Positions 18,529 to 28,457 of a stretch of DNA of 64,000 nt are shown in pieces (within the stretch, counting starts at the first letter, position 1; the number at the start of each line of letters is the position of its first letter). Below the pieces are notes generated by a model that worked only from the letters and a program-made list of their open reading frames with translations, was not told where the DNA came from and made no database searches. The translations under genes and the position numbers were made by a program. This stretch comes from Coriobacteriia bacterium (GTDB lineage: Bacteria; Actinomycetota; Coriobacteriia; Anaerosomatales; SLCP01). Location: contig JAHYJI010000001.1 in NCBI GenBank assembly GCA_019429145.1, forward strand, positions 2,535 through 66,534. Reading direction: 5' to 3'.

Positions 18529-18948
18529 TCAGACGAGGTCCTGGCCGGTGGTGGTCGCCACGAACTTGCCGTGCTTGACACCTTTCGTGCCGATCAGCTC
18601 GGATGCGATCCGGCCGATCGCGTGTGGCGCACCCCGCAGGACAAGGACTTCGAGGCAGTGGTCGTGGTCGAGGTGCACGTGAAGGGTCGAGACGATCTCG
18701 TGATGGTGGGTGTGCTGCTGCGCCGTGAGGCGCTCCGCAAGATCGGACGCGTGGTGGTCGTAGACGAGCGTGACGGTGCCGACCGCCTCCCCCTCGCCCG
18801 ACATCCACTGCTCCTCGACCAGTGACGCGCGCATGAGGTCGCGGACCGCCTCGGAGCGGTTGACGTAGCCCTTCTCGGCAATGAGCGTGTCGAAGCGGTC
18901 GAGCAAGCGGTCGTCGGCAGAGACGCCGAACCGGACGACTCCGGACAC
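18529..18948 (-). CDS. nikR: Nickel-responsive transcriptional regulator NikR
   Basis: N-terminal ribbon-helix-helix ([31 protein letters not shown]) and a C-terminal His-rich metal site ([23 protein letters not shown]). GTG start with GGGAGGTG upstream. Confidence 0.85.
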   Translation of the reverse strand: MSGVVRFGVSADDRLLDRFDTLIAEKGYVNRSEAVRDLMRASLVEEQWMSGEGEAVGTVTLVYDHHASDLAERLTAQQHTHHHEIVSTLHVHLDHDHCLEVLVLRGAPHAIGRIASELIGTKGVKHGKFVATTTGQDLV

Positions 18949-19176
18949 GATGCACCTCCCTCGTATCGACACCGTGCCACCGGCGGCGCTGGTTCGTGCC
19001 ACGCCGCGCATGACCCCGGAGCACTTCGTGTGAATGGCCCCGGAGGTGTTGACTCCGGTGTTCCCGGTGCCTACCTTCGAAGACACATAGTAGCACGCCT
19101 CCTCGAATGGTGGCACGCGCAGAGTGCGGAGCCTGCATTCGTCCGAGGCCGATCCGCAAGCCGGGAGGGCCCTGTC

Positions 19177-20208
19177 ATGCACATGTCCGACGCGCTCATG
19201 ACCCCGATGGTGGGCGGCGCCATGTGGGGCGCGACCGCAGTGGCCACCGCATACTGCGCCAAGAAGGTCCGCGAGGACCTCGACGAGAGCAAGATCCCGC
19301 TGATGGGTGTGGCGGGCGCATTCGTCTTCGCAGCTCAGATGCTCAACTTTTCGATACCCGGCACCGGCTCGAGCGGGCACATCGGTGGCGGACTACTGCT
19401 GGCCGCCCTCCTCGGTCCCTACGCGGCCTTTCTCGTCATCGCATCCGTGCTAGGGGTACAGGCGCTCTTCTTCGCCGACGGGGGGCTCCTCGCACTTGGC
19501 GCAAACGTCTTCAACCTCGGTTTCTTCCCGGCGTTCATCGCGTTCCCCCTCGCCTACCGCAGGATCGTGGGCAATGACCCGACGAGGTCCCGGATCGTGA
19601 CCGGCAGCATCGCCGCTGCCACGATCGGTCTGCTGCTGGGCGCTGTGGGCGTGATCCTGCAGACAACGACCTCAGGCATCGCGGAACTCCCGTTCGCTGC
19701 GTTCGCTGCTCTGATGCTGCCGATCCACCTGGCGATCGGAGTGGTCGAGGGACTCGTCACCGCCGGCGTACTCCTCTTCGTCTACCAGGCGCAGCCAGAG
19801 ATCCTCGCACGCTCCACAGGCGGCCGAGAGCTTTCAGGGCCGAAGATGAAGCCCGTGGTGATCGGGCTGCTTGTCGCAGCGCTCGTCTCGGGCGGCGCGG
19901 TGGCCTGGTTCGCATCCGCCGATCCCGACGGCCTGGAGTGGGCGATAGGAGGCGTCGCGGGCACCGATGAGATCGAGGGGCCGACCGCGGGGACGCACGA
20001 GCGCGCGGGTGCGCTGCAGAAGCGCCTGAGCTTCCTGCCTGCCTACGGCTTCCGCGAGGGAGATACACGGGCTGCCGCGGGTGGCGGTGGCGGCTCCGGG
20101 CCGCCCGTCGAGCTCGGGACCACCGTCGCAGGAATCGTCGGGGCTCTCATCACGCTGGGAGCCGTCGCGCTGGTCGGGGTCGTCCTCCGGCGTCGCTCCG
20201 CATCGTAG
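19177..20208 (+). CDS. cbiM: CbiM/NikM substrate-capture component fused to a C-terminal PDGLE domain
   Basis: The N-terminus is MHMSD.. (the Met1-His2 metal-ligand motif of CbiM/NikM), followed by multiple TMs. The C-terminal extension contains SADPDGLEW and a final TM. GGGAGGG SD. Confidence 0.85.
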   Translation: MHMSDALMTPMVGGAMWGATAVATAYCAKKVREDLDESKIPLMGVAGAFVFAAQMLNFSIPGTGSSGHIGGGLLLAALLGPYAAFLVIASVLGVQALFFADGGLLALGANVFNLGFFPAFIAFPLAYRRIVGNDPTRSRIVTGSIAAATIGLLLGAVGVILQTTTSGIAELPFAAFAALMLPIHLAIGVVEGLVTAGVLLFVYQAQPEILARSTGGRELSGPKMKPVVIGLLVAALVSGGAVAWFASADPDGLEWAIGGVAGTDEIEGPTAGTHERAGALQKRLSFLPAYGFREGDTRAAAGGGGGSGPPVELGTTVAGIVGALITLGAVALVGVVLRRRSAS

Positions 20209-20264
20209 GCAGCCGGCGCCTCGTAGAGCAGCAGCGGCTCGGGCAGGACTCGACCGGGCTGCGC

Positions 20265-20273
20265 TGCTACAAT
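20265..20273 (+). promoter_or_regulatory. Extended -10-like element TGCTACAAT
   Basis: Read directly, about 60 nt upstream of the ATG at 20337. There is no convincing -35. Confidence 0.3.
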
Positions 20274-20336
20274 GCCGGTGTGACGAAGCACCAGCATAAC
20301 AAGGGCAAGCCCCCGGTATCCCGTGACACTGACACG

Positions 20337-20945
20337 ATGGACGCGGCTCCGACGTACTTCGAGTGCCCGCGGTGCGGCTTCCTCTCCGCGGACCTGTCGT
20401 TCGGCGCCGGCGAGACACCGTGCCCCTACTGCGGAGCAGCGGGTGACTCGCGCCGGGTCTTCCCGACGGAGCGCCTGCGCCGCCTCGATTCCCGGATTCG
20501 CCGTTACCGCAGCGAGGGCGAGTCCGAGATCGTCGTCATACTCGTAGCCGCCTTTCTCGAAGCGATCCTCGAGGACATCATCGACCGCATCCTCGCGGCG
20601 CGCGGCGCGGACCTTAGCGTGCGCGAGGTCGTGCTCGACGGGCAGCGGGCGATCGGTGGCCGCATCGGCCGGCTCTTCCCGCACCTCACCGGCGAGCAGT
20701 TCGAGGAAGCCGCCGCCGAACTCGGTTACGAGCGTTTCCCTGCGCGTTGGCGCGAGGTGCGTACAGCGCGCAACGCCTTCATCCACGACTCGCCGTTCAA
20801 CGGGCCCCAGGAGACGATCGACGCCGAGATGGCGAAGCAGTCGATGGACCTCCTCGACCAGGCGTACCAGCTCTTCGTGCTGATCAACAACCGCTTTGTC
20901 GCCAGCACCCATGAACCGCGGTGCGCCCCCGCTGACGGCCTGTGA
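20337..20945 (+). CDS. Zinc-ribbon protein with helical C-terminal domain carrying a HEPN-like RNxxxH motif
   Basis: CPRC-x16-CPYC lies at residues 10-32. A helical domain follows, with RTARNAFIHD (R145-H150, nt 20769-20786). I recognised no other family signature. Confidence 0.5.
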   Translation: MDAAPTYFECPRCGFLSADLSFGAGETPCPYCGAAGDSRRVFPTERLRRLDSRIRRYRSEGESEIVVILVAAFLEAILEDIIDRILAARGADLSVREVVLDGQRAIGGRIGRLFPHLTGEQFEEAAAELGYERFPARWREVRTARNAFIHDSPFNGPQETIDAEMAKQSMDLLDQAYQLFVLINNRFVASTHEPRCAPADGL

Positions 20946-20955
20946 GCCCCGCGCG

Positions 20956-23310
20956 GTGAAGGCTCTCTCCCTGCACATCACCGGTATCGTCCAGGGCGTC
21001 GGCTTCAGGCCCTTCGTCTACAACCTCGCGCGCTCCTCCGGGCTGGAGGGCTGGGTGCTCAACTCCTCCGAGGGTGTGTTCTGTCTCGTGCAGGGCGACG
21101 CGCCGGTGGTGGACGGCTTCCCCGAAGCGGTGCGCTCCGGCGCCCCTCCCATGTCGCTCATCGAGGCGATAGTCGCCGAGGAGGTGGAGCCCGAGGCGCT
21201 TACCGGCTTCTCGATACGGGAGTCTGCCGAGGTGGATGGGGCCATGACCCTCGTCTCGCCCGACATCGCCACGTGCGCCGCGTGCACAGACGAGCTCTTC
21301 GACCCGACCGACCGCCGTCACGGCTACCCCTTCATCAACTGCACCAACTGCGGTCCCCGCTTCACCATCATCGACGACGTGCCCTACGACCGTCCCTCGA
21401 CGGCGATGCGCGAGTTCGAGATGTGCCCGCAGTGTGCGGCCGAGTACGCAGACCCCTCCGACCGGCGCTTCCACGCACAACCAGACGCGTGCTTCGTGTG
21501 CGGCCCCCGGCTCTACCTCGAACTCGCCCCCGACACGTCCGCGCCCGAGGGGCTGCCCGAAGACGCGGGGTACGACGACGAGCGCGTCGCGCGTCACCAC
21601 CGTGACGAAACGCTCGAACGAGCCCGAAGTGAGGCGATCCTTGACGCCACCGCGTCGCTCCTGCTCGACGGGCACATCGTCGCGCTCAAGGGCCTCGGCG
21701 GCTTCCACCTCGCATGCGACGCCACGAACGAGGAGGCCGTCGCCATGCTGCGCAAGCGCAAACAGCGATGGGGCAAGCCCCTGGCGATCATGGTCTCCAC
21801 GCTCGAGGACGCCGAGGCGCTCTGCGAGCTCACGCCTGCCGAGCGTGCGCTGCTCTCGGGAACCGCCCGACCCATCGTCCTCGCGCGCAGACGCGGCTCC
21901 GCCGGGCTCGCGTCCCCGGTCGCCGGTGACCTGCCCGACCTCGGCATCATGCTGCCCTACACACCGCTGCACCACCTGTTGCTGGCCTCCGTGGGACGCC
22001 CGCTCGTGATGACCTCGGGCAACCTCTCCGACGAGCCCATCGCGACCGGCAACGCAGAAGCGCTCGAACGGCTCTCCCCCGTCGCCGACGCCTTCCTCGT
22101 TCACGACCGCGACATCCGCTCGCGCTACGACGACTCGGTCGTGCGAGAGATAGCCGGGTTCACACAACCGGTACGTCGTGCGCGAGGCTATGCCCCGCAC
22201 CCGATCGCGCTTCCCTTCGAGACCGACGTCGACATCCTCGCAGTCGGCCCGGAGCAGAAGAACACCTTCGCCCTGCTGACCAAGGGCTACGCGTTTGTCT
22301 CGCAGCACATCGGCGATATGGAGAACGCGCTCACGCTCGAGCACTTCCACGCGACGCGCGAACTCTACGAGCGGCTCTTCCGGGTACACCCGACTCTGAT
22401 CGCTCACGATCTGCACCCGGAGTATCTCTCCACCAAGTTCGCGCTTGCGCTCGACCTGCCGAGGGTCGGCGTCCAGCACCATCACGCCCACATCGCCGGC
22501 GTAGCAGCCGAGCACGGTGTGCACGACCCGGTCGTGGGCATCGCGTTCGACGGCACCGGCTACGGCGATGACGGCCACATCTGGGGCGGCGAAGTGCTGC
22601 TGTCGACCTGGGAGAGGTACGAGCGCGTCGCGCACCTCCGCGAGGTGCCGCTGCCCGGCGGAGCGGCCGCCATCCGCCGGCCCGCACGCATGGCGGTCGG
22701 TACGCTGCTCGGCATCGATCCTGCACTGCTCCATCACCCCGGGGCCCGCCCGCTGCTCTCCCGGCTCGCCGACGGCGAGGAGCGGCTCTTGCGCCAGATG
22801 GTCGAGCGCGGAGTCAACTGCCCGCCCACCTCCTCGATGGGCCGGCTCTTCGATGCGGTCTCCGCACTCGCGGGGGTGCGCGACGATGCGATCTACGAGG
22901 GGCAGGCCGCCATCGAACTCGAGGCGGCGATCGACCCTGAGGCCGCCGGGGCGTACGCGTTCGACATCACCGCGGGTGGGCCTTCAATCATCGACCAGCA
23001 GCCGGTGATCGAGGCGGTTCTCGCTGACGTAGCAGCCGGAGTGAGCGCGTCGGTTATCGCTGCACGCTTCCATCGGGCGGTCGTGGGCTGTATAGTCACT
23101 ATGGGGAGGATGACTGCTGCGAGCGCCGGCACACGCCACGTGGTGCTTTCAGGAGGTGTCTTCCTCAATCGTTTCGTGCTCGAAGGTGCATGGCAGGGAA
23201 TACTCGGTACAGGGCTTGAACCCCTGACGCACGTACGCCTGCCCGTGAGCGACGGTTCGGTGTCCTTCGGACAGGGAATCGTTGCATGGTCGCGAAGGCA
23301 CGAGGTGTGA
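20956..23310 (+). CDS. hypF: [NiFe]-hydrogenase maturation carbamoyltransferase HypF
   Basis: Acylphosphatase domain (GIVQGVGFRPFVY), two CxxC-x18-CxxC zinc fingers (CAACTDEL..NCTNCGPR; CPQCAAEY..CFVCGPR), a YrdC-like domain and a Kae1-like domain. GTG start at 20956. Confidence 0.95.
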   Translation: MKALSLHITGIVQGVGFRPFVYNLARSSGLEGWVLNSSEGVFCLVQGDAPVVDGFPEAVRSGAPPMSLIEAIVAEEVEPEALTGFSIRESAEVDGAMTLVSPDIATCAACTDELFDPTDRRHGYPFINCTNCGPRFTIIDDVPYDRPSTAMREFEMCPQCAAEYADPSDRRFHAQPDACFVCGPRLYLELAPDTSAPEGLPEDAGYDDERVARHHRDETLERARSEAILDATASLLLDGHIVALKGLGGFHLACDATNEEAVAMLRKRKQRWGKPLAIMVSTLEDAEALCELTPAERALLSGTARPIVLARRRGSAGLASPVAGDLPDLGIMLPYTPLHHLLLASVGRPLVMTSGNLSDEPIATGNAEALERLSPVADAFLVHDRDIRSRYDDSVVREIAGFTQPVRRARGYAPHPIALPFETDVDILAVGPEQKNTFALLTKGYAFVSQHIGDMENALTLEHFHATRELYERLFRVHPTLIAHDLHPEYLSTKFALALDLPRVGVQHHHAHIAGVAAEHGVHDPVVGIAFDGTGYGDDGHIWGGEVLLSTWERYERVAHLREVPLPGGAAAIRRPARMAVGTLLGIDPALLHHPGARPLLSRLADGEERLLRQMVERGVNCPPTSSMGRLFDAVSALAGVRDDAIYEGQAAIELEAAIDPEAAGAYAFDITAGGPSIIDQQPVIEAVLADVAAGVSASVIAARFHRAVVGCIVTMGRMTAASAGTRHVVLSGGVFLNRFVLEGAWQGILGTGLEPLTHVRLPVSDGSVSFGQGIVAWSRRHEV

Positions 23311-23365
23311 CGGCGGACGCGTTCCGTACGCGGTTCGTCGTTCGTCGCGAAGGAGGTACGCACGT

Positions 23366-23599
23366 ATGTGTCTCGCAATACCGGCTCGTGTGACCACGCT
23401 CGGCGAGAACAATATGGCCGAGGTCGACATCATGGGCGTCACCCGTCACGTGAGTCTCGACCTCGTTCCCGAGGCGAACGCAGGAGACCACGTACTCGTT
23501 CACGCCGGCTTCGCGATCCAAGTCGTTGACGAGGAGTTCGCCAAGGAAACGCTCGAGCTGCTCCTCCAGCTCGATATGTTCCAGCCCGACGAGGCGTAA
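23366..23599 (+). CDS. hypC: Hydrogenase maturation chaperone HypC
   Basis: The N-terminus is MCLAIPA (essential Cys2). 77 aa. AAGGAGG SD. Confidence 0.9.
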   Translation: MCLAIPARVTTLGENNMAEVDIMGVTRHVSLDLVPEANAGDHVLVHAGFAIQVVDEEFAKETLELLLQLDMFQPDEA

Positions 23600-23603
23600 G
23601 GGC

Positions 23604-24695
23604 ATGGACCTCTCGGGATTCCGCGACCCGGCAGTCGCCGGACGCCTGATCGAAGCCATTCACACGATTGCAACGCGCCCCATGACGTTCATGGAGGTCT
23701 GCGGCACGCATACCGTCGCTATCGCCAAGAACGGCCTGCGCGACGTGCTTCCCGGATCGATCCGCTTGCTCTCCGGCCCGGGCTGTCCGGTGTGCGTGAC
23801 GAGCAATGCCGACATCGATACCGCCATCGAATTCGCCCGCCAGCCCGGCGTCATCGTCACTACCTTCGGCGACATGATGAAGGTCCCGGGGTCCCGCTCC
23901 TCACTCTCCCGCGAGAAGGCCGACGGGCGCGACGTGCGGATCGTGTACTCCCCTCTCGACGCGCTCGCTCTTGCAGGGCGTGAGCCGGACAAGCAGGTCG
24001 TCTTCATCGGCGTCGGCTTCGAGACGACCGTGCCGCTCATCGCAGCCGCGATCAAACGCGCAGCCGGGTCCGGACTCGGCAACTTCTCGGTCTACTCGGC
24101 CCATAAGACGGTGCCGCTGGCACTCGAGGCTCTCGTCAACGATCCCGAGGTCGCGGTCGAGGGCCTCATCCTCCCGGGTCACGTGTCATCGATCATCGGC
24201 CTGGAGCCCTACCGTTTCCTCGCCGAGGAGTACTCGGTGCCGAGCGTCATCACCGGATTCGAACCCGTCGATGTCCTGCAGGGTGTCTGGATGCTGGCAA
24301 AGCAGCTCGCGGAGGGACGCGCCCAGATCGAGATCGCCTACACGCGCGGCGTGCCCGAGGGAGGCAACCCGACCGCCCTGGCGCTGATCGACGAGGTCTT
24401 CGAGCCGACCGACGCCGAGTGGCGCGGCATCGGGGTCATTCCGGGGACCGGGCTTGCCATCCGCGGGGCCTTCGAGGCGTACGACGCGCTCACGCGGGTC
24501 CCTGTCAACCCCGAGCCGCCACGGGAGATCCCGGGGTGCCAGTGCGGCGAGGTCCTGCGCGGCGTGACGCTGCCGTACGAGTGCCGCTTGTTCGCAAAGG
24601 CGTGTACGCCCGAGCACCCGGTGGGACCATGCATGGTCTCCTCGGAAGGCTCGTGCGCAGCCTACTACCGCTATACGGATCACGGTAAGTCGTAG
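23604..24695 (+). CDS. hypD: Hydrogenase maturation protein HypD
   Basis: Contains MEVCGTHT, GPGCPVCV and the C-terminal Fe-S Cys cluster (PGCQCGEVL...CxxxxxxPxGxCMVSSEGxC). Confidence 0.95.
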   Translation: MDLSGFRDPAVAGRLIEAIHTIATRPMTFMEVCGTHTVAIAKNGLRDVLPGSIRLLSGPGCPVCVTSNADIDTAIEFARQPGVIVTTFGDMMKVPGSRSSLSREKADGRDVRIVYSPLDALALAGREPDKQVVFIGVGFETTVPLIAAAIKRAAGSGLGNFSVYSAHKTVPLALEALVNDPEVAVEGLILPGHVSSIIGLEPYRFLAEEYSVPSVITGFEPVDVLQGVWMLAKQLAEGRAQIEIAYTRGVPEGGNPTALALIDEVFEPTDAEWRGIGVIPGTGLAIRGAFEAYDALTRVPVNPEPPREIPGCQCGEVLRGVTLPYECRLFAKACTPEHPVGPCMVSSEGSCAAYYRYTDHGKS

Positions 24696-24742
24696 AGACC
24701 GGGACGCCGGCCACAGGCGGCGTGGACCAGAACGGGAGAGCC

Positions 24743-25753
24743 ATGTCGCAGGACACGATCCTTCTCGCACACGGCAGTGGCGGCACGTTGATGCGCAGAC
24801 TGATCGACGAGGTATTCGTCACGGGCTTCGGTGATGCCGGCTCACCCGCGCTGGACGACGCCGCCTCCCTCGACGTCCCGGACGGCCGCATCGCGATGTC
24901 GACCGACACCTACGTCGTCTCCCCGCTCTTCTTCCCCGGTGGAGACATCGGGCGCATCGCAGTGTGCGGGACCGTCAACGATGTCGCCACCTCGGGCGCG
25001 CGGCCGCTCTACCTCTCGGTCGGCTTCATCCTCGAAGAGGGGTTGCCGATCGCCGATCTCAAGCGCGTGCTCGTCTCGATGCACGAGGCTGCTAACGAGG
25101 CTGGTGTGCGCATCGTGACCGGCGACACGAAGGTGGTCGAGCGCGGACACGGTGACGGAGTCTACATCAATACGGCAGGCGTGGGGGTGCTGGCGACCGG
25201 TGTCTCGCTATCGGGCGTCAACTGCCGTCCGGGAGACGTGGTGCTGCTCTCAGGCACGCTCGGCGATCACGGGATCACCGTCGTCTCGACCCGCGAGGGT
25301 CTCGAGTTCTCCACCGACCTGCGCTCCGATGCGGCGCCGCTCAATCACCTCGTGGCCGCCGTCCTCGAGGCCGCGCCGGACGTGCGCTGCTTCAGGGACC
25401 CCACGCGTGGAGGACTCGCCTCCACGCTGAACGAGATTGCCAGCGCATCCGGAGTCTCGATCACGGTCGACGAGACCTCCGTACCCGTGCGTGACCAGGT
25501 CCTCGGTGCCTGCGAGATGCTCGGCTACGACGTCTACCAGGTCGCAAACGAGGGCAAGATGGTCGCGGTCGTCCCGGCCGATCAGGCAGAGGCAGCGCTC
25601 GCTGCTATGCGTGGTGCGCCATACGGTGACGACGCCGCGATCATCGGCGAGGTCGGAGACTCACCAGCCGGCACCGTCTACGTCCGCACCGCCTTCGGCG
25701 CGACGCGCATCATGGACATGCTCGTGGGCGAGCAGCTGCCGAGGATCTGCTAG
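24743..25753 (+). CDS. hypE: Hydrogenase maturation protein HypE
   Basis: AIR-synthase-like fold and a C-terminal ...LPRIC motif (PRIC). Confidence 0.95.
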   Translation: MSQDTILLAHGSGGTLMRRLIDEVFVTGFGDAGSPALDDAASLDVPDGRIAMSTDTYVVSPLFFPGGDIGRIAVCGTVNDVATSGARPLYLSVGFILEEGLPIADLKRVLVSMHEAANEAGVRIVTGDTKVVERGHGDGVYINTAGVGVLATGVSLSGVNCRPGDVVLLSGTLGDHGITVVSTREGLEFSTDLRSDAAPLNHLVAAVLEAAPDVRCFRDPTRGGLASTLNEIASASGVSITVDETSVPVRDQVLGACEMLGYDVYQVANEGKMVAVVPADQAEAALAAMRGAPYGDDAAIIGEVGDSPAGTVYVRTAFGATRIMDMLVGEQLPRIC

Positions 25754-25781
25754 CGGCCCGGCCGCTTGGAACGGGCGAACT

Positions 25782-26744
25782 TTGACTCCTCTTCTGCGCC
25801 AGACCCAGGCCTCGGGATACGCCCGCATCTTCGCTGCTGCGACGGTCTGGGGTTCGATAGCGCTCCTGGTCCGAGCGACGGACGCGCATCCCGCGGTGAT
25901 CGTGTTCTGGCGCGTGCTTTTCGCCGCGATCGCCATCGGCATCTATCTTGCCGTCAAGAGACGCCTGCACGAGCTGCCGGCGCTTCCGCGACACATGAAG
26001 ATCCGCATCGCCGCGATGGGCGTGCTGCTCACCGTCAACTGGGTCTGCTTCCTCGGCGCGCTCACGCTCACCAAAGTCGCGGTGGCGGTACTCCTCGGAT
26101 ACCTGGGTCCGGTCTTCGTCGCCGTACTCAACCCGATCGTCTCCCGGCAGCCCTTCGACAGGCGCATCGTGCTCCCGCTCGTGCTCGCGCTGGCGGGCAC
26201 GGCGTTCATCGTCGGCCCCCAGGACTTCTCCTTAGACGACGGGCGTCACCTGCTCGGAGCCGGCCTCGCACTCGTCTCCTCGCTCACGTACGCGTTGCTT
26301 ATCGTCTTCGTGAAGCGTCTGCTCAAAGGCGTGCCGGCCAGCACCTACATGCTCGGCGAGTACCTGGTGGCCAGCGCGTTGCTCCTGCCCGCCGCCCTCC
26401 TGCTGCAGGGTCCGGTCGCAGGCAGCGAGTGGATCGCGCTCGCCACACTCGGAACCGTGCATACCGCGTTCACCGGCGCGCTCTTCCTCACCGGCCTGCG
26501 CCTCGTGCCCGCCGATCGTGCCGCGATCATCACGTATGCCGAGCCGGTGAGCGCCGTGGCGTTCGCTGCTCTCTTCCTCGGCGAGCGGGCCATGGTGACC
26601 ACCCTTCTCGGTGGGATCGCGGTGGTCTCTGCGGGAATCATGGTCGCGCGACTCGCTCCCGCGCAGACCGCGACGGTCGAAGGTCCCCCAGTGCCCGTCG
26701 CCGCCTCCGACGAGCCGCTCGACCCCGCCGACGTGCGCGGGTAG
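25782..26744 (+). CDS. EamA/DMT-family transporter
   Basis: About 10 predicted TM helices in two EamA-like halves. The start is uncertain; I chose the TTG at 25782. Confidence 0.7.
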   Translation: MTPLLRQTQASGYARIFAAATVWGSIALLVRATDAHPAVIVFWRVLFAAIAIGIYLAVKRRLHELPALPRHMKIRIAAMGVLLTVNWVCFLGALTLTKVAVAVLLGYLGPVFVAVLNPIVSRQPFDRRIVLPLVLALAGTAFIVGPQDFSLDDGRHLLGAGLALVSSLTYALLIVFVKRLLKGVPASTYMLGEYLVASALLLPAALLLQGPVAGSEWIALATLGTVHTAFTGALFLTGLRLVPADRAAIITYAEPVSAVAFAALFLGERAMVTTLLGGIAVVSAGIMVARLAPAQTATVEGPPVPVAASDEPLDPADVRG

Positions 26745-26801
26745 GCGGCTATACTCGAAGACGGCCCCGCACGACCTTCCCACGGGACCGAGGAGGCACC
26801 G

Positions 26802-28451
26802 ATGAATGCCATGGAGCGACTGCTCGAGGCCGATGCGATAGCACGCCTTGCGGACCGCGACCCGACGCTCTTCACTGACGACGTCGATCAGCGTCAGCCG
26901 ATTCTCAAGCGCCTTGGCTGGACCGACCTGGCCGAGAAGGCGGCCACGCGCCTCCCGCTCGCGACGAACCTCGCTGCCGAGATGGCGCGCGACGGGGTCA
27001 CCGACGTGGTCCTCCTCGGCATGGGCGGCTCTTCGCTGGCGCCACTCGTCATGAGCGAGGTCCTCGGCCCTGCCGAAGGCGCACCCCGGCTTCACGTCCT
27101 CGACACGACCTCCCCGTCCACGGTCAATGCGCTGATCTCCGCGCTCGATCCGCACACGACCGCATTCGTGTTGGCAAGCAAGTCCGGGACGACCGTCGAA
27201 CCGCTCTCGCTCTACACCATCTTCCGGGAGTGGATGGATGACGCCCTGGGAAGAGTCGCCGCAGGCAAGCGCTTCATCGTGGTCACCGATCCGGGGACTC
27301 CCCTGGAGGCCCGCCGTCAGAAGGACGTCATGCGCGTGGCGATCGCGGCACCGCCCAACGTCGGTGGGCGCTTCTCGGCCCTCTCGGTGTTCGGGCTGGT
27401 TCCCGCGGGGCTCGCCGGCCTCGACATCGCCGGACTCGTGCGCCACGCACAGGAGATGGAGCACGTGTGCCACGTGCCTGCTGCCGACAATCCCGGCGCC
27501 GAGCTGGCCGCCTGGATGGCAGACGCACTCGCCGCCGGGCGCGACAAGCTCACGCTGATGGCGTCAGCGGAGTACGGCTCGTTCGGGTTGTGGGTCGAGC
27601 AGCTGGTTGCCGAGTCAACCGGCAAGCAAGGGGCGGGGATCCTGCCGGTGCTCGAGGACGGAAACGTTCCTGTGGCCTCGTACGGGCCGGACCGGGCACT
27701 GGTCGTCATTCGGACACCGGACGATTCCCGGGCAGCATCGCACGCGCAGGGAGCCCGCGACTCAGGTGTCCCCGTCATGGAGTACTTGCTCGCGGAACCG
27801 TTAGCCATCGGTGGGGAGTTCGTGCGCTGGGAGTTCGCGGTCGCCCTCACGGGCTTCCTGATGGGAGTGAACCCGTTTGACGAGCCCGACGTCGCGGAGG
27901 CCAAGGCCGCCACGAACGGAGTCCTCGACGGCAGTGCGGAGGTGCCGGCGGCCGACAGAGATATCGAGGGCACGTGGGTGACAGCCGCGGGGTCGCTCGC
28001 CAAGTCGCCGGCGCCGGATGATATCGCCGGTGCCCTGGCGCTCCTCCGCAACGCGCTCGTGCCCGGCACCTACCTCGCCGTCCTCGCCTACCTCCCTGAT
28101 GACGGCCTTCTGGCCCCCATCCGGGATGCCGCAGCCGACGTCTCAGCGCGTGCAAAAGTGCCGGTCTGCGTCGAGGTGGGTCCGCGCTACCTGCACTCCA
28201 CCGGGCAGCTACACAAGGGTGGGCCGGAGACGGGGGTATTCCTCATCCTCACCGCCCGCAGCCGGGAGGACCGCGCCGTTCCGGGTGCGGATTTCTCGCT
28301 GGGCCAGCTCTACCGGGCGCAGGCCGAGGGCGACCTGATGACACTGGCAGCGCACGGACGACCGGTCGTACGGCTCGATCTCCCCGACGGGACGCCCGAT
28401 GCGGTCACCGCCGTTGCCCGCGCGATGCGCGCCACCGTTCGCACCGGGTAG
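26802..28451 (+). CDS. pgi: Glucose-6-phosphate isomerase (SIS-domain PGI family)
   Basis: 549 aa with VVLLGMGGSSLAP, SKSGTT.E, GGRFSALS and the conserved C-terminal GPRYLHSTGQLHKGG. Confidence 0.8.
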   Translation: MNAMERLLEADAIARLADRDPTLFTDDVDQRQPILKRLGWTDLAEKAATRLPLATNLAAEMARDGVTDVVLLGMGGSSLAPLVMSEVLGPAEGAPRLHVLDTTSPSTVNALISALDPHTTAFVLASKSGTTVEPLSLYTIFREWMDDALGRVAAGKRFIVVTDPGTPLEARRQKDVMRVAIAAPPNVGGRFSALSVFGLVPAGLAGLDIAGLVRHAQEMEHVCHVPAADNPGAELAAWMADALAAGRDKLTLMASAEYGSFGLWVEQLVAESTGKQGAGILPVLEDGNVPVASYGPDRALVVIRTPDDSRAASHAQGARDSGVPVMEYLLAEPLAIGGEFVRWEFAVALTGFLMGVNPFDEPDVAEAKAATNGVLDGSAEVPAADRDIEGTWVTAAGSLAKSPAPDDIAGALALLRNALVPGTYLAVLAYLPDDGLLAPIRDAAADVSARAKVPVCVEVGPRYLHSTGQLHKGGPETGVFLILTARSREDRAVPGADFSLGQLYRAQAEGDLMTLAAHGRPVVRLDLPDGTPDAVTAVARAMRATVRTG

Positions 28452-28457
28452 ACGCGT

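Noticed and set aside
20884-22737. 617-aa minus-strand ORF antisense to hypF
   Set aside because: HypF motifs (acylphosphatase, zinc fingers, YrdC, Kae1-like) are on the plus strand. The antisense product has no motifs and typical GC-artefact composition.
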